Shown here: piece after piece, positions 59,046-64,000 of the stretch | Layout: every line of letters starts with the position of its first letter | Position numbering within the stretch: the stretch's first letter is position 1 | Source of the DNA: Congzhengia sp. | Lineage (GTDB): Bacteria; Bacillota; Clostridia; UBA1381; UBA9506 | DNA length: 64,000 nt | Assembly (NCBI GenBank): GCA_045544215.1 | Contig: JAZPYM010000076.1 | Location: 3,171 to 67,170, forward strand | Direction of reading: 5' to 3' | The notes under the pieces: generated by a model | What the model was told of the DNA's origin: nothing | Database searches by the model: none | What the model saw: only the letters and a program-made list of their open reading frames with translations | Program-made: the position numbers and the translations under genes

Positions 59046-59978
59046 TCACGCTCCTAAAATTACGCCTGTATCAATTTGATTACCCTTAATATACGCAGAA
59101 ACGGGCATTTTTTTCTTTCCCTCAAACTGCACTTGGGTAATTAAAAGACAGCCTACGCCGCATTTTACCAAAACACCATCATCGGAAACAGACAGAATTT
59201 CCCCTGGCACACCCTTTGCTTCTTCCTGTATTGGCAATGCGCAAATAACTTTAAATCGCGTGTCGCAGTATGTGGTGCTGGCATAGGGATAAGAATTTAA
59301 ACCACGGACCAAATTGTAAAGTGCAGTGGCATCTTTTTTAAAATCTAAAATTCCTGTGGTTTTGTCTATCATGGGAGCGTAGCAGGATAATGCGTCATCT
59401 TGCGGCTCTTTAGAAAGTGTTCCCTGCTCGATCTGCAAAATGGTTTCCCGAATGGCATCAACACCTGCTGCTGCCAGTTTGTCGTGGAGTGTTTCGGCTG
59501 TTTCATCGGGCGTGATTACAACTTGTTTTTTCACCAGCATATCTCCGGTATCAAGTCCTGCATCCATCTGCATTGTGGTAACACCTGTTTCGGTTTCTCC
59601 GTTAATGATGCACCATTGAATGGGAGCAGCACCACGGTATTTCGGCAGAAGAGAGGCATGAATATTCACACAACCAAACCTTGGTATATCTAATATCCGC
59701 TGGGGCAAAATCTGACCATATGCAGCCACAACAAACAAATCCGCCTGAGCCTTTTGAAGATAGACAAAAGCCTCGTCTGTTTTCATGCTTTCGGGCTGAT
59801 ATACAGGAATAGCTACGCGCTCTGCCAACACTTTAACGGGGGGAGGCGTCAGCTTGTGTCCGCGGCCCTTTGGCTTGTCGGGCTGCGTAACAACCATAAC
59901 AATTTCATGCCCGTCTTTGATGAGTGCCTCAAGCGCCGTTGCGGCAAAATCGGGTGTACCCATAAACAATAATTTCAT
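59046..59978 (-). CDS. fmt: Methionyl-tRNA formyltransferase
   Basis: 310 aa, MKLLFMGTPDFA...NIHASLLPKYRGAAPIQ. Confidence 0.95.
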   Translation of the reverse strand: MKLLFMGTPDFAATALEALIKDGHEIVMVVTQPDKPKGRGHKLTPPPVKVLAERVAIPVYQPESMKTDEAFVYLQKAQADLFVVAAYGQILPQRILDIPRFGCVNIHASLLPKYRGAAPIQWCIINGETETGVTTMQMDAGLDTGDMLVKKQVVITPDETAETLHDKLAAAGVDAIRETILQIEQGTLSKEPQDDALSCYAPMIDKTTGILDFKKDATALYNLVRGLNSYPYASTTYCDTRFKVICALPIQEEAKGVPGEILSVSDDGVLVKCGVGCLLITQVQFEGKKKMPVSAYIKGNQIDTGVILGA

Positions 59979-59996
59979 GATTTCCCTCCCAATCGG

Positions 59997-60455
59997 TCAT
60001 TCCGTAATCTCTGCAATCATTTTATCAATATAAAGGGTGCCGTTTAGATGGTCAATTTCGTGGCACAATGCAATGGCAAGCAACCCTGTGCCCTCTAATT
60101 CAAATTCATTTCCGTTTCTGTCCAAAGCCCGAACGGTTACTTTTTCCGGGCGGGAAACGGTTCCGGAACGACCGGGAACAGAAAGACACCCTTCAGCATT
60201 GATTTGCTCGCCTTTTTTATAGCAAATCACGGGGTTAATCAGTTCAATCAGCCCCTCGCCGATGTCAATCACTACAACACGACGCAAAACACCCACCTGG
60301 GGCGCTGCAAGGCCTACGCCGTTTTCTACATAAAGTGTTTCTTTCATGTCATCTAAAAGTGTTAAAATTCTATCATCGATATCCGTTACCTCGCGGGATG
60401 TTTTTCTTAAAAAGTCGTTATCCTCAGGAATGGTAAGTAATTTTCTGATTGCCAT
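59997..60455 (-). CDS. def: Peptide deformylase
   Basis: Motifs [13 protein letters not shown] and HEIDH. Confidence 0.95.
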   Translation of the reverse strand: MAIRKLLTIPEDNDFLRKTSREVTDIDDRILTLLDDMKETLYVENGVGLAAPQVGVLRRVVVIDIGEGLIELINPVICYKKGEQINAEGCLSVPGRSGTVSRPEKVTVRALDRNGNEFELEGTGLLAIALCHEIDHLNGTLYIDKMIAEITE

Positions 60456-60473
60456 CTTTTTTTCCTCCTGTTT

Positions 60474-62732
60474 TTAAATTGCGCCATATGGATTGCTTTC
60501 AATCACCATGTTAATATGGGGATTTTTTTCATTGATATGATATTGCCGCAGACGGGCAAAAATGTCCTCTGTCTGCTGATTTAATGTACATTTTACCCAG
60601 ATTCTTTGACGGAAACGCCCGTTAATTCTCGTTACCGTTGTGTCAGCAGGACCTAAAATTTCATAAGGAGCATGATACTCTTTTTGCATCACAATGGAAA
60701 GAGCATGCCCGATTTTTTTTGCATAACTGCGTAGCCCGTTTTGCATGGGTGCCGTTAACAACACCGAAACAATGTCGCAAAATGGCGGGTAGTGCAGCTG
60801 TTTTCTTAGTAAAATCTCATTTTCATAAAAGGCAAGATAATTTTGTTGTTTTGCCTGCTCAATTACTTGGTTTTCCGGCATATAGGTCTGAATCAATCCT
60901 CGACCGCGCACATCGCCTCTGCCTGCCCTGCCACATACCTGTGTAATCAAATCAAAGGTACGCTCACCGGCGCGAAAATCGTCAATAAACAAGCTTTGGT
61001 CTGCGGCTAAAACGCCTACCAAGGTCACATTGGGAAAATCAAGTCCTTTTGCTACCATCTGCGTTCCCAACAAAATATCAATGTTTTCTTCCTCGAAGCG
61101 TTTTAAAATCATGCTGTGAGATGATTTGGCGCTGGTGGTATCTACATCCATGCGCAGCACAGACATATCCGGAAACAGCGTCTTTAACTCTTCTTCCACT
61201 TTTTGTGTCCCTGTACCGAATTCCTTAATAAAAGGACTGCTGCATTGGGGGCATGCGGTGGGCTTTTTAATGGTATAACCGCAAAAATGACAAGATAAAG
61301 AACCCTTTGCTTTGTGGTAGGTCAGGGAGACATCGCAGTTTTTACATTTTATCACAAAACCGCAGCTTCTGCAAGACACAAACGAGGAAAAGCCACGGCG
61401 GTTTAAAAACAAAATGGTTTGCTCGCCGGCGTCTTTATTTTTGCGGATTTCCCGTTGCAGCGCCGTTCCGATGCAGGAGCGGTTTCCGCTTTTCATTTCC
61501 TCCCGCATGTCACAAACAGAAACATCCGGCAGTGTTTGTGCCGTTGGTCTTTGTGTCAGGGAAACGAGCTTGTAGTCTCCTTGCTTTGCATGGTAAAAGC
61601 TCTCAATAGAGGGCGTTGCTGATGCCAAAATCAGTGTGGCATTGTGACAACTGCAACGAAAATCTGCCACATCTTTCGCGTGATAGGTAGGAGCATTTTC
61701 CGCTTTGTAGCTGGTTTCGTGCTCTTCATCAATCACAATGACGCCAATATTTTTCAAAGGTGCAAAAATCGCAGAGCGCGCCCCTACAACCACTTTGGCT
61801 TCCCCGGATTTAATGCGCTTATATTCATCTGCCCGTTCTCCCATGGAAAGTGCGGAGTGAAGCACCGCAATCTTTTTGCCGAACCGGGCGGCAAACCTTG
61901 TTACCATTTGGGGCGTCAAGGCAATTTCCGGCACCAGAACAATGGCGGTTTTATGAAGGGAAAGTGCGGTTTCGATGCAATTTAAAAACACTTCCGTTTT
62001 TCCGCTTCCCGTTACACCGTGGAGCAAAAAGGTTTCCTTTTTGCCTGCAGTTATTGCATCGTTAATTTGTTTTGCTGCTGCGGATTGTTCCGCAGAAAGT
62101 GGGGGAGCAACCGATGGAGCAATGGCGTCATAATCTATGGGCAGCCGCATAACTTCCACTTCTTCGTGACGAATCAATCCTTTGTCCTTAAGTGCTTTGA
62201 TAGCACCATAGCTTGCGCCGGTTAAAAATGTAATATCACTGTCTGCCACAAATTCATTTTGCACCAAAAGCTCCAATATTTTGCATTGCTTTGGTGCTTT
62301 GTCCCGCATTTTCTCAAGAGCATCAAATGCCTCGTCATATGGCACATTCAGTACCGAGCCACCAATCATTTTATCATTTGTTTTTTGTTTTCTTGTGCTG
62401 CCTGGTGGCAGAAGCGTTTTGATTGCGCTGATGTAGGAACAAAAATAGCGGCGCTTTAAAAAATCACAAACGGCAAGCAACTCTGTATCGAATAAGGGCG
62501 TCTTTTCTATTAAAGAAACAATGTCTTTTACCGTGCCATCAAAGTCAATATGATGGTCTAAAGACAGTACAAAGCCGTCAATGACATTGTTACCCTTTCC
62601 AAAAGGGACGGTTACATGACTCCCGATTGTAATGTTAACCAAAAGGGCATCGGGTATGTGATAATGAAAGATTTTGTCAATGTTAAGTGCCAGGCGGTTA
62701 ATGATAACCCCTGCAAAATTACCCTCCATCAT
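60474..62732 (-). CDS. priA: Primosomal protein N' (replication restart helicase)
   Basis: 752 aa with Walker A GVTGSGKTEV, DEEH and zinc-binding CxxC clusters (CRSCG...CKNC...CHFCG...CPQC). Confidence 0.95.
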   Translation of the reverse strand: MMEGNFAGVIINRLALNIDKIFHYHIPDALLVNITIGSHVTVPFGKGNNVIDGFVLSLDHHIDFDGTVKDIVSLIEKTPLFDTELLAVCDFLKRRYFCSYISAIKTLLPPGSTRKQKTNDKMIGGSVLNVPYDEAFDALEKMRDKAPKQCKILELLVQNEFVADSDITFLTGASYGAIKALKDKGLIRHEEVEVMRLPIDYDAIAPSVAPPLSAEQSAAAKQINDAITAGKKETFLLHGVTGSGKTEVFLNCIETALSLHKTAIVLVPEIALTPQMVTRFAARFGKKIAVLHSALSMGERADEYKRIKSGEAKVVVGARSAIFAPLKNIGVIVIDEEHETSYKAENAPTYHAKDVADFRCSCHNATLILASATPSIESFYHAKQGDYKLVSLTQRPTAQTLPDVSVCDMREEMKSGNRSCIGTALQREIRKNKDAGEQTILFLNRRGFSSFVSCRSCGFVIKCKNCDVSLTYHKAKGSLSCHFCGYTIKKPTACPQCSSPFIKEFGTGTQKVEEELKTLFPDMSVLRMDVDTTSAKSSHSMILKRFEEENIDILLGTQMVAKGLDFPNVTLVGVLAADQSLFIDDFRAGERTFDLITQVCGRAGRGDVRGRGLIQTYMPENQVIEQAKQQNYLAFYENEILLRKQLHYPPFCDIVSVLLTAPMQNGLRSYAKKIGHALSIVMQKEYHAPYEILGPADTTVTRINGRFRQRIWVKCTLNQQTEDIFARLRQYHINEKNPHINMVIESNPYGAI

Positions 62733-63355
62733 GCGTCCTCCTCTGCTTTTAATCTTCGGATTGCGCTATCAATATCGTCAAAGCTATAGCCTCGGTAGGC
62801 AAAATAGCGTTTTATTTTCATAATATTTTTCACATCAAAATTGCTGCCTAACTTTTTTTTGATCAAAGTGTAAAGCGTTTCCGCCTCGGTTTCTTTGCAG
62901 CCCAATTCTTCTAAGACCTCATTTGCCAGATTTTTTGAGATTCCTTTTTCCATCAGTTTATAAAGAATTTGCCTTGTGCCTAATTTTTTTAGATGGACAC
63001 AATCGGCAGCGTATCTTCTGGCATAATCTGCGTCGTCTATCAAACGGTATTCCTTTAAAAACGAAATGGTTTTTTCAATGGTTTCTGTGTCGCCTACATG
63101 GTCGGTCAGTTTTTTTCTGATGGCTTGTTCTGTGTAGCTTTTTCTGGAAATCAGGTTTGCCGCATAGGTTTTGGCACTTTCCAGCAAAACGGTATTTTTA
63201 ATTTCCAAAAGCCGTTTGCTGTCCAGCTCATCGTTTTCAGCAAGCTTTAGTGCATACAAACTAAAGGCGTCAATTCCAAAGGAAAAGGCGCCGTCTATGA
63301 AGACAGACATTCTGTTTTTATGCTTTTTTTGCGGCTCAATTTTTGTGATTTTCAT
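62729..63355 (-). CDS. recX: RecX-family regulatory protein
   Basis: MKITKIEPQKKHKNRMSVFIDGAFSFGI... followed by repeated three-helix units. ATG at 63355 follows GAGG. Confidence 0.8.
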   Translation of the reverse strand: MKITKIEPQKKHKNRMSVFIDGAFSFGIDAFSLYALKLAENDELDSKRLLEIKNTVLLESAKTYAANLISRKSYTEQAIRKKLTDHVGDTETIEKTISFLKEYRLIDDADYARRYAADCVHLKKLGTRQILYKLMEKGISKNLANEVLEELGCKETEAETLYTLIKKKLGSNFDVKNIMKIKRYFAYRGYSFDDIDSAIRRLKAEEDA

Positions 63356-63406
63356 AACTACCTCAGAGAGAAAAGCAGGAGCACCCACTGTGCCCCTGCT
63401 TCGTTA

Positions 63407-64000
63407 TTATTTATCTTCTTCTGTTTTGTCGCAGTACACGCCTAATGGATAATAGGGAATCATGTTTTCCTGCAGCCATTTAATCGCCTCATCAGGAGAT
63501 AAGCCCCAGTTGGTGGGACATGCGGAGAGCACCTCTACCATGGAAAAGCCCTTGCCTGCAAGCTGTGTTTCAAAAGCCTTTTTAATGGCTTTCTTTGCGC
63601 GATTCACATTTTTCACACAATCCACAGCAACGCGTTCAATATACGCTGCACCAGAGGTGGTAGCAAGCATTTCGCTTACTCTGATTGGGTTACCTTGTGT
63701 TTTTGTGTCACGACCATAAGGAGAGGTCTGTGTTACCTGGCCGGGCAGTGTGGTAGGTGCCATCTGACCGCCGGTCATACCATAAATAGCATTGTTGATA
63801 AAGATGATGGTAATGTTTTCGCCTCTTGCAGCTGCATGAACGGTTTCTGCCGTACCAATTGCAGCCAGGTCGCCGTCGCCCTGATAGGTGAATACAACCT
63901 TGTCAGGATGTACCCGTTTGATGCCTGTTGCAACTGCGGGTGCTCTGCCATGGGCAGCCTCCTGCATGTCACAATTAAAATAGTCATAAGCAAACACGGC
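63407..64000 (-). CDS. 2-oxoacid:ferredoxin oxidoreductase beta subunit (TPP-binding); N-terminus outside the window
   Basis: GDGDLAAIG (TPP motif) and [11 protein letters not shown]. The ORF remains open at the window end. Confidence 0.85.
   Translation of the reverse strand, partial: AVFAYDYFNCDMQEAAHGRAPAVATGIKRVHPDKVVFTYQGDGDLAAIGTAETVHAAARGENITIIFINNAIYGMTGGQMAPTTLPGQVTQTSPYGRDTKTQGNPIRVSEMLATTSGAAYIERVAVDCVKNVNRAKKAIKKAFETQLAGKGFSMVEVLSACPTNWGLSPDEAIKWLQENMIPYYPLGVYCDKTEEDK

Overview
Chromosomal segment of a spore-forming Firmicute, Clostridia-like by inference from spo0A, a split transketolase, class-3 FBPase, a KOW gene between map and infA, and type-Z S14. Positions 1-4060 are visibly AT-richer than the rest and look like the edge of a mobile element: a tyrosine recombinase running off the window, a Cys-cluster hypothetical protein, a large serine recombinase and small ORFs. 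This element abuts a tRNA-Leu(UAG) gene. Upstream of that tRNA, two extra tandem copies of its own 5' half (period about 163 bp) sit between it and what looks like the ancestral tRNA promoter. This is the most unusual structure in the window. The remaining ~59 kb is core housekeeping: XRE regulator, M14 and M23 peptidases, tgt, cysE-cysS-mrnC, two YitT paralogs flanking the split transketolase, spo0A, rpoD-dnaG, mntP, a Ca/Mn-type P-type ATPase, fbp, an HTH-GlmM fusion plus a stand-alone LbH acetyltransferase, mtnN-luxS-rluA family, and the complete S10-spc-alpha ribosomal cluster (rpsJ to rplQ with secY, adk, map, infA, rpmJ, rpoA). After that come mutY, cysK, ftsEX, a PucR-type regulator, argD-argF, a GNAT, PBP1A, a phosphoglucomutase, ybaK, fmt-def-priA, recX and a truncated 2-oxoacid:ferredoxin oxidoreductase beta subunit. 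No CRISPR array, rRNA or clear defence system was found. All calls come from reading the sequence and ORF translations; no database search was possible.
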